DNA of 64,000 bases, taken from positions 42,904,001 to 42,968,000 of the forward strand of contig NC_047018.1 in assembly GCF_902652985.1 (NCBI RefSeq), written 5' to 3'. Under the pieces are notes generated by a model. It was not told the origin of the DNA, ran no database searches, and worked only from the letters and a program-made list of their open reading frames with translations. The position numbers were made by a program, and so were the translations under genes. This document shows, one piece after another, positions 12,394 through 24,825 of this stretch; position 1 is the stretch's first letter; each line of letters opens with the position of its first letter. This stretch comes from Pecten maximus. Its lineage: Eukaryota.

Positions 12394-15300
12394 ACTGAAA
12401 TTAAAACATTTATTGCCTAATACATGTACAAGCATAATTAACTATTTAACTACATAAATAAGGTAGCAGACTACAGAAAGACTGCCTGGCCATTGGCAAT
12501 TGTTTTGTTAAGAATATAACTCCTGTATTATGATATGCATAAAAAATGAAAAAGATAAATGTACAATATAATTTGTGTAGTCATTATGACGCAGTACATA
12601 CAGGCTTCACATTTGTTGAAATCAAAATAAATGAATTGGTTCCGGATTTCAAATTACCGGATTTCCGAAAGTGTATTTACACAGGACATATTAAAACGAA
12701 CATTTATTGCTATAAAAAAAGTAATAAGGATACATGCATGCAGCATAAGGTATGTGATTGTATCCAGATATAAAAAATAAATAAATAATAGAAATGATAA
12801 AAAATACATTAAATACATACATAAAAAACACAAAGATGTACATATACTTTTATGAGAAACTATTAATTATATATATATATATATATGTGTGTATATTATA
12901 CTGTTTACATAAATGTAGAAAACTGAGAAATGTACATAAAATTTACAAAAAAATCCAAGGAAAAATTACATATGTAAAACATAATTTGTGCAAATATGTA
13001 TGTACATATCCTTGCACATTTCTAATATGCATGTATAGGTGCATGTATGGAGGCATAAGTACAATTGTACATCAAACATGTATGCATATGCAAAATATAT
13101 ACAAATTATTATTATCCATGTATGAGAACATATACATGTATATAAGTTGTGTATACATATTATTATTCACGTATGAGAAAATGTACAGGTATATAAGTTG
13201 TTTATACGTATTACTATCCATGTATGGGAGCATGTACATATTATTATCCATGTATGGGAGCATGTACATGTATATACGTTGTTTATACATATTATTATTC
13301 ACGTATGAGAGAATGTACAGGTATGTAAGTTGTTTATACATATTATTATTATCCATGTATGGGAGCATGTACATGTATATAAGTTGTGTATACATATTAT
13401 TATTCACGTATGAGAGAATGTACATGTATATAAGTTGTGTATACATATTATTATTATCCATGTATGGGAGTATGTACATGTACATGTATATAAGATGTGT
13501 ATACATATCATTATTCTCCATGTATGAGAGAATGTACAGGTATATAAGTTGTTTATACATATTATTATTATCATCCATGTATGAGAGAAGGTATATCTAT
13601 AAAAGTGTTGTTATAAATACATTCAATTTTTTATTTAGTTACTGTTCAACAACATATGGAAATTTCATGAATGAAATGAATGAAGGAGTAAGTGTAAGTC
13701 TACACATAATATATGTGTATATATTATTGCTTTTCGTAATATTGTACAAGTACATGGATGTTTGCAAAAATGGCACACATGTACATAATTGTATAGTTGT
13801 ATCCAACTGTTTTGAAATTGCATGGGAACATGTACAGGTATATAAGTTGTGTATACATATTATTATTATCCACGTATGAGAGAATGTACATGTATACAAG
13901 TGTTAGTATAAATGCATTCAAATTTTTATTTAATAATTTTTTAACATATGCAAATTTCATGAATGAAGGAGTAAGTGTAAGTTTTCACATAATATACGTG
14001 TACGAAAATGGCACATATAATTGTATAGATGTATCAAACGGTTTTGAATTTGTTGCAAAATATTTGAAAACAGAAATACACTACGTAAAATGTAGGTGGA
14101 TACGTGTGAATGCATTTGTATATGTATGTCACAAGCAATTACATATACGTATAGATGCAGGTGTAGTGCATATTAAGATAACATCATCTATATATTCAAA
14201 ACATAAAAAAAAGTGCACAAGTATACACAGAATGTATGCATCCGCATATGTATGCTTATGCATGTATGATATCAACCTAATATTCAAGTGTAAAGTACTT
14301 TATTACAAGTCATTGAAGTCAACTATGTATAATGTATTAGAAAGTAAAAGTGTAAAATGTTGGAAAAAAAAAAAAGAAAAAAAGTTGATGTACAGTATAT
14401 GTATGGATGTGTATACAATTATCATTACAAAGTATGCAACTTACATGTGCTACATTATGAATACCTGTATATTAGTTATACAGATACCTGACTACTTTAT
14501 ACCTAAAAGCAAGTATAGAATGGGTAGTATATGTTTAGTGTATAGCTGTAAATATTATATAAAGATGTGTACATGTTCGTTTAAAGTACATGCATGTGTA
14601 AGTATCAATCTTTAACATAATAAGTCAAACGCAAAAAAAAAAAAACAATTTACAATAAAAAAAAAAAATAATCATGAATAATAATACCAAGCACCTACAT
14701 TTCATAACATTGAATACACAGGGATTAAGAGATACATCAAAGAGAAATCGTCTGCTACAATATATAAAGAAACAAAAAGGACACCTTATTTTCTTGCAAG
14801 AAACACATTATACACCAGAATTATTTCCACTCCTAGAAAAAGAATTTAGTGGGAATATCTATCACAGTATTGGAAAAAGTGATAGCAGAGGGGTAGCAAT
14901 TTACATTAGTAAAACTGTACAATACACATTAATTGATCAATACAAGTCAGAGGATGGAAGAATTTTAATCCTAGTTTTAAAAATAAATAACAATATATAT
15001 ACAATTACAAACATCTATGCACCAAATGACCCAACCAAACGTAATGCTTTCTTTAAAAAGATAAAAGAAAAGATCTCTGAAGTAAGTGTTGGTATTAATA
15101 TTATTGGTGGTGATTTTAATGAAACTCTAGGACAAATAGATAGGAAATCACGAAAAAAGCAAGCTAAAAATAGAAAGCCTGTTTTTGGTCTGACAGATTT
15201 AATTAAGTCCTTTAAATTTATTGATATTTGGCGTATTAAGCATCCAAATATTATGCAGTTTAGCTGGAGGAGAAAAAATGGAAAAGAGGCAAGCAGGTTA

Positions 15301-18300
15301 GACTACTGGTTGATAACAAAAGATTTCTTAAATAGGGTAAAGTCATGTGACATTAGACCTGCGCAGATTCGCTCAACTGATCATTTAGCCATATCACTGA
15401 AATTGATAAATGTAGGTGAAAACAGAGGAAAAGGGAGCTGGAAATTAAATAACAGTATATTAAAAGACAAAAAGTACACTGTAAAAATAGAAGATGTGTT
15501 TGGAAAAGCAATAAGAGAATGTCTAAAGGCAAATTTAAATAAAAGACAAACATGGGACTATACCAAAATTCTTATCAGGGAAGCTACAATAAATTTCTGT
15601 AGAATAAAAAGTAATGAAAGAAAAGAAAATATTTTGTATCTGGAAGAAAAGCTTGTGCGTCTTTATGCAAAAAATGATAGTGTAGAAGAAGCAATAACTG
15701 AAGAACAGATTAAGATATTAGAAAAGGAAATAGAAGAATATTATGATTATAAAGCACAGGGAGAAAAAGTTAGAGCAAGATGTCAGTATGTAGCTAATGG
15801 GGAGAGAAGCAATAAATATTTTCTAGGATTAGAAAAGCAAAGACAGGCTAAGAAAGTTATACATGAAGTTCTAGATAGAGACAATTTTTTAGTAACTGAT
15901 GAAAAAAATCTTCTTGATGTGATACGGTTGTTCTATAAAGATTTATATACAAGTGAAAAACTAGATATAGAATCCATGAAGATTTATATAGAAAATACAC
16001 ATATTCAAAAAACTTTAAATGAAACAGAAAAAGAAATATGCGATGGCGTTCTAACAAAAACAGAATGTACACATGCTATCAAAAAAATGAAAAAAAATAA
16101 GAGCCCTGGCTTAGATGGACTAACTGTAGAATTTTATGAACATTTTTGGAATATGATTGGGGACACTGTTATAGATGCACTAAATGAAGGGTATAGTGAA
16201 GGTGAAATGTCAGAATCACAAAAAATAGGTTTATTGTCATTAATTTATAAAAAAGGTGATGAAACTTCCTTACAAAACTGGCGACCTATCACTCTGTTAA
16301 ATGTAGACTATAAAATTGCAGCATATGTTTTAGCACAAAGATTGAAAAAAATAATGCCAAAAATCATACACACGGACCAAAATGGATACATAAAAAACAG
16401 ATTTATTGGATTTAATATTAGGCAAATACAGGATATAATAGACTATTCAGAGAACTTTCATATAGATAGTGCAGTCTTATTTTTGGATTTTAAAAAGGCT
16501 TTTGATACTGTGGAATGGGATTTTATGCTAGAGGCTTTAAAACATTTTGGATTCGGGGAATCTTTTGTATCTTGGGTAAGAACAATGTATTATGATATAT
16601 ATGGGTGTATATCTAATAATAATTGTATTTCTGATACTTACCAAATATCGCGCGGAATTAGGCAAGGCTGCCCGTTAAGCTGTCTTATCTTTGTAATAGC
16701 AGTTGAAATTATGGCAACTAGAATAAGGGAAAACAATAGGATTAAAGGAGTTACAATTAAGGATAAAACAATGAAAATCTCCCAACTGGCCGACGATACA
16801 ACTTTGTTCTTAAAATCAGATGAAATAAAAGAAGCAATTAAAGAAGTAGATTGTTTTGGTAAACATTCAGGACTTAAATTAAATAAAGACAAATCTGAAG
16901 GAATCTGGTTGGGTAAAAATAAAAACAAAAAAGATGGGTTTGGGATAAAGATGTCGAGAGAAAACATTAAGTCTCTTGGTGTGATATTTGGAGTTAAAAA
17001 AAAGGAAGTAGAGCAAATTAACTGGGAAAAAAACATAGACTCTATAAATTATCTAATCAAGAATTGGAAAAAAAGAAAACTCACTTTAATAGGAAAAAGT
17101 ACAATAATAAACGCACTAATAATACCTAAAATAACATACCTATCATTAGTGCAGCATGTTAGTACTGAACAAATAAAAGTTTTGGAAAAAATAGTATTTA
17201 AATATCTATGGGATGATAAACCAGATAAAATTAAACGAAGTGTAATGATAAATGAATATGAAGAAGGGGGGCTAAAAATAAGAGATATTGAAACACATGT
17301 AGAAATGCTAAGAGTCACATGGGTAAAGAGATTGTTTGATACAACACAAAAATATTCTAACTGGACCATAATACCTAAACTTTATTTTGATAAATTTGGT
17401 AAGGACCTGATGCTTTTTAGGATGAGAATACAATCATTAAGGAAAATAGATAATATAGAAAAAATCCCTTCCTTTTACAGAAATATCCTGGAGTCGTGGA
17501 TAAAATTTAATGCCCGGGAGAGAAAAAATAAACCCAAACACATCCAAAATGAAATAATATGGGGAAATACTCACATTACCTGTGGTGGTAAATCAATCAT
17601 ATTAGAAAATTGGATAGAAAGTGGTATAATAAAAATGGAAGACTTATGTGATGAAACAGGAAAAATAAATGATGCCTATATTTATGCGAAACTAGTAATT
17701 AAAGGAAATTGGATTGCTGAAATAATGAAATTAAAAAAATCAATACCCAAAACATGGATTGAAGAAATGAATAAAACTGAAAGGAAAGAAACAAGTAAGG
17801 ACGAAATTGAAAGATTAAGTGAGCATACAAATAAATTCATTTATAAAACCTTACTTAAAAGTAAAAAAGAAAATCCATATTTAGTAGAAAAGTGGAATAA
17901 CAATATTCAATGCGAGAATAACAATATACAAGATTGTTTTGAATTTATATTCAAGAAATTGCCTGATAATGTCTTAAAAATTTTTAAATGGAAGCTGATA
18001 CATAATATTATTCCAACTAGGAAAAATCTTAAAAGATGGCGGATTGAAAGTACAGATGTATGTCCATATTGTAATAAAGTTGATGACAACTTGCATTTTT
18101 TCATAGAATGCTCACATCTAGATGAGTTTTGGAATATTATAACAATGAATTTACATAAAATGGGAATATTTACAAAAATAAGAACACTAAAATGTATTGT
18201 CATTGGGTATCAACCAGGAAAAAAGAAGTTTCAACAGTTGAATTTTCTACTTGTACTAATAGGCTATAATATATATAAATCATTTTATGTCAGTGAAAAA

Positions 18301-18369
18301 AGAACAAAAACAGTAGATATTTACAATATGTTCATGGCAGACCTAAATTTCTACACGAAGTATTTTCAT
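12394..18369 (+). mobile_element. L1/Tx1-clade non-LTR retrotransposon (no recognisable ORF1, no poly-A tail)
   Basis: Contains ORF2; putative 6-bp TSD AAGGTC at 12388-12393 and 18370-18375. Boundaries inferred from this TSD and frame restoration. Confidence 0.6.
13105..13890. repeat. ~50-bp minisatellite inside the LINE 5' region plus a ~200-300-bp internal duplication
   Basis: Repeats of tattattatccatgtatgggagcatgtacatgtatataagttgtgtatacata; 13600-13810 resembles 13900-14050. Confidence 0.85.
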
Positions 18370-18387
18370 AAGGTCCTGGACCAATAG
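14674..18387 (+). CDS. LINE ORF2: APE endonuclease, reverse transcriptase, C-terminal Cys/His zinc finger (1237 aa)
   Basis: TLNTQGL, FLQETH, NIYAPN, GGDFNE, SRLDYWL, TDH; KSPGLDGL, NWRPITLLNVDYKI, LDFKKAFD, GIRQGCPLS, QLADDTT; CPYC..DDNLHFFIEC. The last few codons probably come from flanking DNA. Confidence 0.95.
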   Translation: MNNNTKHLHFITLNTQGLRDTSKRNRLLQYIKKQKGHLIFLQETHYTPELFPLLEKEFSGNIYHSIGKSDSRGVAIYISKTVQYTLIDQYKSEDGRILILVLKINNNIYTITNIYAPNDPTKRNAFFKKIKEKISEVSVGINIIGGDFNETLGQIDRKSRKKQAKNRKPVFGLTDLIKSFKFIDIWRIKHPNIMQFSWRRKNGKEASRLDYWLITKDFLNRVKSCDIRPAQIRSTDHLAISLKLINVGENRGKGSWKLNNSILKDKKYTVKIEDVFGKAIRECLKANLNKRQTWDYTKILIREATINFCRIKSNERKENILYLEEKLVRLYAKNDSVEEAITEEQIKILEKEIEEYYDYKAQGEKVRARCQYVANGERSNKYFLGLEKQRQAKKVIHEVLDRDNFLVTDEKNLLDVIRLFYKDLYTSEKLDIESMKIYIENTHIQKTLNETEKEICDGVLTKTECTHAIKKMKKNKSPGLDGLTVEFYEHFWNMIGDTVIDALNEGYSEGEMSESQKIGLLSLIYKKGDETSLQNWRPITLLNVDYKIAAYVLAQRLKKIMPKIIHTDQNGYIKNRFIGFNIRQIQDIIDYSENFHIDSAVLFLDFKKAFDTVEWDFMLEALKHFGFGESFVSWVRTMYYDIYGCISNNNCISDTYQISRGIRQGCPLSCLIFVIAVEIMATRIRENNRIKGVTIKDKTMKISQLADDTTLFLKSDEIKEAIKEVDCFGKHSGLKLNKDKSEGIWLGKNKNKKDGFGIKMSRENIKSLGVIFGVKKKEVEQINWEKNIDSINYLIKNWKKRKLTLIGKSTIINALIIPKITYLSLVQHVSTEQIKVLEKIVFKYLWDDKPDKIKRSVMINEYEEGGLKIRDIETHVEMLRVTWVKRLFDTTQKYSNWTIIPKLYFDKFGKDLMLFRMRIQSLRKIDNIEKIPSFYRNILESWIKFNARERKNKPKHIQNEIIWGNTHITCGGKSIILENWIESGIIKMEDLCDETGKINDAYIYAKLVIKGNWIAEIMKLKKSIPKTWIEEMNKTERKETSKDEIERLSEHTNKFIYKTLLKSKKENPYLVEKWNNNIQCENNNIQDCFEFIFKKLPDNVLKIFKWKLIHNIIPTRKNLKRWRIESTDVCPYCNKVDDNLHFFIECSHLDEFWNIITMNLHKMGIFTKIRTLKCIVIGYQPGKKKFQQLNFLLVLIGYNIYKSFYVSEKRTKTVDIYNMFMADLNFYTKYFHKVLDQ

Positions 18388-18979
18388 TTGTATGGTATGC
18401 CGACTTGGAACCTGGGCAGATCTTCGTCTTAATGCTCCAAATCCATTCTAAAAATAGATTAAATGAAAAAATTAACATGAACAAGATAAATTAGTTAAAA
18501 TAATAACTAGACCTTCTTTTAATATAACGTTAAATCATTGTCATTTTTGCAGTTTGTTATAACTAATTAAAACACCTCATGGATGTTGTACGTTGTAATA
18601 TTTGTTTCTCGATCTGGACCAACTGCGAGTCAGAATCACAGGTAGGCCTAGTAAGAATCAGAAATAACTTAGTCTAAGTCTTTGGTAAAGCAGTATACGA
18701 TAGAAATTATTCTCAATAATGTAAATTTAAATTCTGAACTGTTTACATAACTACGAATAAGACTTACCCGGTAATACTGTAAAGCGCAGTCTCCAAACAA
18801 CCGCAGTCGATGACACGTGTTGTGGACAGACACACGTTATACACTCCTACACGTGGTAAACTCGGCAAGGAGCTTCCCCAGACTCTCGTCCTCGCTCGAG
18901 ACTGCCTCAAACGAGAGTCTGGTCAGATTGCTATTTGAATTTTGTGACCGGTAGAGGGCGCTGAAAAATGTAAACAAAT

Positions 18980-21900
18980 ATGGCAACTCCAGTAAAAGAA
19001 ACTGACAGAATTCGCTTTCCAGACAGTGACAGGTGTGTTTCTTGTTGTTTAGAAAACAAACAAAGGTACTACATAATCCGAAAAGATAAGAACAAGGGTC
19101 CTGCTTTTGAAATTGTATGTTACTGTTACAAGAACAATCTCTGTATCGAAGAAAATGTTGGGACATATGTGTGTTCGCCTTGTTATAAACTGCTGCTACG
19201 AATAAAAGACATGGACTGCAGACGGTCACAATTATATGACAAAGTTATGATGTCGTCACAAACATTTATTAAAGTCATATCTGTGAAAAAACGAAGTATG
19301 GCCATAGGAACACCTGGAACACCAAGACAATCTAAGTTTCCTGACAAGAGAGCTACTCCAGATCAAGGTATTTTCAGCATTTAATTTTTATTCAATATTA
19401 TCATGCATGTAACAATCGGAACATATTCAGAAGAACCATTCTACCTTATATCCAGATTGTGTTTGATGTAAACGCATAATCTAAATAAATGATTGATAAC
19501 TGAAACAACTACTTAAATTACGTCACAAATGTCTGCATCATAACTTGTTTATTAGGATTAATCTATAGCGTAAAGGCCAGATGATAAAGGCATGGAAATC
19601 TTTTTTTTCTGCCTGACTTAGATATGAACACGTAAATATAGCATTTGTTAGTTATATTACAATAATATCAAAGTCATAAAATATGATATGATGAGTGTTA
19701 ACTCAGTAACATTATATGCTCAAAAGTTAATAATTAGTAATATAAAACTTGACATTATATATGTTTACAGTAGACAGGTGGTAGCTAGAGGTGATTATAA
19801 TCTAGGAAAGGATATATATCTTCATGCACTTACACTGGCAGATATCTGTTACATATATATTATTTTCGATATTCAATTATGTTTTTCAGGATCCCTAGAA
19901 AAGCAGTCTAGACAACAAACAGTAATTAGAAAGCCATCAACAAGATCATTGTTTTTAACTCCATCAAAAAAAGCCTCGAGCTCATTCACAGAGGATCTCG
20001 CTGTTCCATTTTCACCTGGGCCTCAAAGTAGTAACCAACAAAAGAGAATCAAATCTTCATCACTTTCGGTTAAGAAAACCCTGAAACATACAGTGTCATT
20101 TCGATCTTCAAAACTCTGTGAACAGATGCTTCCAATTGTAAAATCATTAGCAAATGGAAGCTTCAAAAAGGCTTTATCATTACTTGTAAATTCTTCAGAC
20201 CATGCAACCAAAGAAAATGCAAAGAAGGCAGTTAAGAAGTTAATTGAACAGGAATGCTGTGTCTTTTCAAAACAAACAAATGAATTTGAAGTACATTTAC
20301 AGAAACGGGAAACTAGAGATTTGGAAAACTTCAACATGAAAGAAATTCAAAAGGATTTTGAAAGTCATGCACCCATGTTATGGGCATGTGCAACCCAAGC
20401 AGCAACCTCTGGTTATAGCAAGACATTCGATCAGGTTAAGGTTTGTGCAGCTTTGTGTGTTCTTTTGCAGGGACGTTCAAAAATGCTTAACTCTCTTCAA
20501 CATGTTGTTGCCATAACAATGTACAACAACCAATTACAGAAAGATGGCTTTTCGGTGCTTGCAAAGCTGGGTTTTTCTGTAACCCATACAACCTTGAATG
20601 AAAAGTTGAACACAGCGAAAAAACTAAATGAGCAAGTAATGAAAACCTATCAGAGGAGGTTAGCAGACACTATTGCTGCTAAAAGTATTGTGGATAGGGT
20701 GAGCACTGAACACTCTTATGCAGGAGGATTAGATCAACCCTCAGTCATAGATGAACATTCCTATTCAACCATCTACCATTCAGAATTTCAACAACATGGT
20801 GAACCCCTAGGCTACAGATTTAACCTCGACAACCTGGACTTTCATATAAAAGTCAGGGAAATGACACAGGAACATCAAAATGTGTCGAGGCATTTTACTC
20901 AAATCATGTCTGTTGTAGATAGAGTGAGCTGTGAGGGTTTCACAGATGAGCCTGTCGGAAATTTGATGGAGGTTGAAAACAGCGAATTTCTTCCTACTGC
21001 TGAGGACAATTACACTCTTAGAAAAGACATGATACAGGTTGTATCCAACATTCTGATCGAACATCTGTCATCCTTCAAAATCTTTGAAAATATTTGTCCT
21101 AAACAATTCCAACATGCTTATTCAGCAGAAATGTCGAAGAAATCTATTGTGGTATATTATATATGTCACATTCAGAGTTGTTGTTAAAAGTTCATGTTTT
21201 TTTTTCTTCATTTTGGAAGATTTGAATTTAATTGGATGCAATACTTTGATTTGATGCTTTGATATCTTGAGTTTTTCATGCAATATATCTTTCAATCTTT
21301 GCAATGATATTTGATATTTGCTATAATTAATGTAAAATCTTTTACATGAAGGAAATGGTAACCATAATAATAAGATTTATAACTTGATATTCTTCCCAAA
21401 TATTTGTACAACTATCTAGAAATGAATGAGAAAAAATTTAACCTTTTAAATTTTGATAATTTATAATATATCAATTGCATCCTGTTACAATTCAATAGAA
21501 TAGATTGTTAATTTTATCAAAATTATTGAAAAGAAAATTATTGAAAAGAAATGCATAAATTTCCAGTTTTATGTGGCACTAGTGATTTTCTTAGCCTGGA
21601 TATATTCATTATATAGGGATCTGATCCTTATTAGTTACATTTCAACACAGAGGAATTTGTTCAAAATAAATTGAACTATCTGTGCCACATCAGAATTTGG
21701 AAATAAACCAATAATTCTCCAGGGAACTTAGGTCTGTATAGTGAGTCCTAAGTGTACCCATGGTAAAATAATTGGTTTGTAATTTATGACAATAATAATT
21801 ATAATTAATTATGGTTTAATTTTAAAGGTATGAAAATTGTATAAAATATGGACCAAATCATTTATGCATGCATGTCATTGCATGTCCATTATATTCATAG

Positions 21901-24825
21901 TCATAATAATTCTTAGAGCTTTTTGAATACATTTATTAACACATGCATTTTGTGTACTGATCAAGTTTGTTAAGTTCAGATTTCTAACAAAATCAATGCA
22001 TGCGTTTACTAACAGACATCTAAAATACTGCAGAAAACATAACCACAAAGTCATTTGTCTATTCAAGATATTTGGTTAGCCAACATTGAAAGGGGGTTGA
22101 CATTTAACAATGTCAGACACAGAATTAAAATGGATATTAAAACATATAACAGTAGATCAACCTTCATGTTGTCAATAATAAGGGTTATATATATATATAT
22201 ATATATATAGGATATATATATATATATAGGGAAAGTTTGTTGGTATTGAATTTAAAAAAAAAAGTGAATTATTCTTTCTCTAGATGTCAATGTATGTACA
22301 TGCCAAGGCCATGTTTTGTAATATGACCAGTTCTGCAGTATTTTATTGCATAATTCTGTTGAAATGTTAATTGTTGCAGTTTTGTTCCTTTTTGATGTAG
22401 AATCAGCAGTGTTTTGTTGGGATACTTCTTGCATTCAATTAGAAACATACAGTGGTAAGCATTGAGCTAAAATTTCCTTTATCATCAAATTTCTATGTAT
22501 ACACTTTAAAAGAAAAAGTATGAAATGACATGTGTACTAAAGTGAAAAGTATTTTTTGTCTCTTTTGCAAAGATTTGAAATGTTTTATAAATTGAAATAT
22601 TGAAATTAACAGGAAAAAATATTTTCATACATCAACATTGTAATACCAATGCATTGTAATTACAAAATTCGATTTTAAATGTTTTACTTCAATTTTGATA
22701 GATACCACTTGGAATTCTGCTAAAGAATGAAAACAAAACCAATGATATGATAGAGATCCTTGAGCACTTACAACAGTATGTCCCTGGAGCCAGAACTGAA
22801 TTGGAAGAGATTCAAGAAAGGTACATTTCAATACTTTATCAATGAACAGGCCAAAGGGCTAGTTATCAATAATTAACTATTTATTGATTTCAATTGCAGT
22901 TTTAATCTTTGATATTAATATATAGTGAATACAAACAAATTACAAATATACTTTTCATATTTTCAATGAATACATTAGTTATCAATACCTTGATAATGAC
23001 ATGTTTTAACTTATATGTAAACGATATGTAACTTCAAATATGTCAAGAAAGTGGGAATATAAATTCCATGAATTTCCTTGGGTTTTTTTCAGAGAAGAAA
23101 CAAATCCTAAGATGCAAGCAATTCCAGTTGGAGGTGACCAATTGACGTGTGAGCGAATTAGAGGTGCACATATGGCTCGTCTTGATGGAGATACACAAGA
23201 GGAAAGATTGGAGGGTTTGATAACTATGGTGGAAGATTTTCATGAGAAAATAAATTTCCTGCAGGTAGTTATAATTAATGTCCAATTTATAACATGTTTT
23301 GGACCTTGCCTCTACTAGTACCTAGATGTGTTCCATCTTTAATGCTACTATTAACTTCATATATGTTCACAGAAGCCAGAGTGATGCACAATTCGGGGAT
23401 CATAATAAATTTCTAACAATATCAAATAACACAAAGCTAGTCAAATTATGAACAACCAATTATTGTTATAGTGCCCATTTCAGTTTTTCATTTCTCACAC
23501 CCATTGACCTTGTAGAGCTAATAGAATAGTTTGTAATCAATCTATGTCACTCTTTAATTTCAGAATTCAAACTTTTTGGAATATCAATGACTGTAGACTC
23601 TTTGTAAATTTACTTTTAGTTGTGTATTGTGAAGTTTTTTTTTCAAATTCTTTCCATTCAATATTTCCTTCTTGACATTTGGATTGGTCACATCTTATTG
23701 TCTTAAAAATATTACCCATCACTAACTGATATTCAGTCATATATTTTACTGTGCAATTGTAGATAGAGATCACTAGTTTCATTAATGATTATATTTTTTC
23801 AGGCAATGATGGACCGGTTCTACAAACCAGGAAGTGCACGAGAAACAGGCACATTGTATCAACTAAGGAATGTCATAAATAGAAGAAATGTCACAAAAAA
23901 TGTGAGTGCAGATTATCATGCAGTTGGATCTTTTATTGACCTAGTGACAAGTGCTCATGTTATTGCAGCAGCTCTGAAAGCATTTGGAATGGATAGCATT
24001 GAGGATCCCTGTCCAAAAGTCCCACTGTTCACAGAATCTGCTGATGAAGGATCCAAAAAGAGGTTGTTAGATAAGATTGTTGGGGAAATAGTGGACACAT
24101 TCTTCTTGAACAGCTTGACAGTAACAGTCAATAGGATTGAGGATGATGAAACTGCCATTGAAGGGCCAATAGTTGATGATGGAGTGTACAATTATGCCAC
24201 CAATGTCACAAAATATGGGCTTCTCAGGAAAATCTCTGTTCTAGCTACTAGAAATGGGGATGGTATTCGACAGATAAGACACTGGAAGTATGGTCTATTA
24301 GTATATGACCTTTCACACAAGATTAAGTACAGACTTGAATCTTTCTTGCTTTTAGCAGGTGTGAATGCACTTTTCACAGAGAAGCAAAGACATCAGATAA
24401 TTTGGAATCGGTTTGTCAATTTGTCTGGAGGAAAAGACAAGAATCTGGATGGGGATTATGTCATGGAACTGCTTAACAAGTATGCAAAGGGTCGTGTTAA
24501 ATTACTTGGACCAAATCAAACTCCAGAGATTGTTGACCGCATAGGTAAAACAATGATGTTCTGCCACAATGTCAATGAGAAATTGGAAAGAGAAATTGGT
24601 GTTCATCCAGCAGGAATACACCATGCACAAAGAGACAAAACACAAGATATAAAGGCTGTTGTGAACCAACTGAAGAATGCAAATGTGTTTTCAGTCATAA
24701 GAGGTAGGCAACATGACTCTTTCCAAGAACAGTTTGATATGTTCCAAAATGTCAACTCGCATGCCTTACACAAATGGTTAAATGTCAAGAAGCAGGAGTA
24801 TTCAAATGGAAAGTATGCATTTTAG
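18980..24825 (+). CDS. Academ transposase (DUF6589-type), 5 exons: 18980-19367, 19890-21151, 22702-22820, 23093-23264, 23803-24825; ~987 aa
   Basis: All introns GT-AG and phase-compatible (2964 nt, one open frame); motifs FNLDNLD, LGILLKNENK, GGDQLT, RLEGL..VEDFH, DYVMELLN; N-terminal CxxC...CxxC. Confidence 0.88.

Noticed and set aside
15353-18203. Short antisense ORFs inside ORF2, pol and transposase
   Set aside because: Shadow frames of real coding sequence with no independent motifs.
12394-18369. LINE fragment carried by a DNA transposon with TIRs
   Set aside because: End similarity (actgaaatta vs atgaaaatac) is too weak.
19688-19889. N-terminal 67 aa of the 499-aa ORF (and similar leaders on the 346-, 392- and 403-aa ORFs)
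   Set aside because: Intronic read-through upstream of clear AG acceptors.
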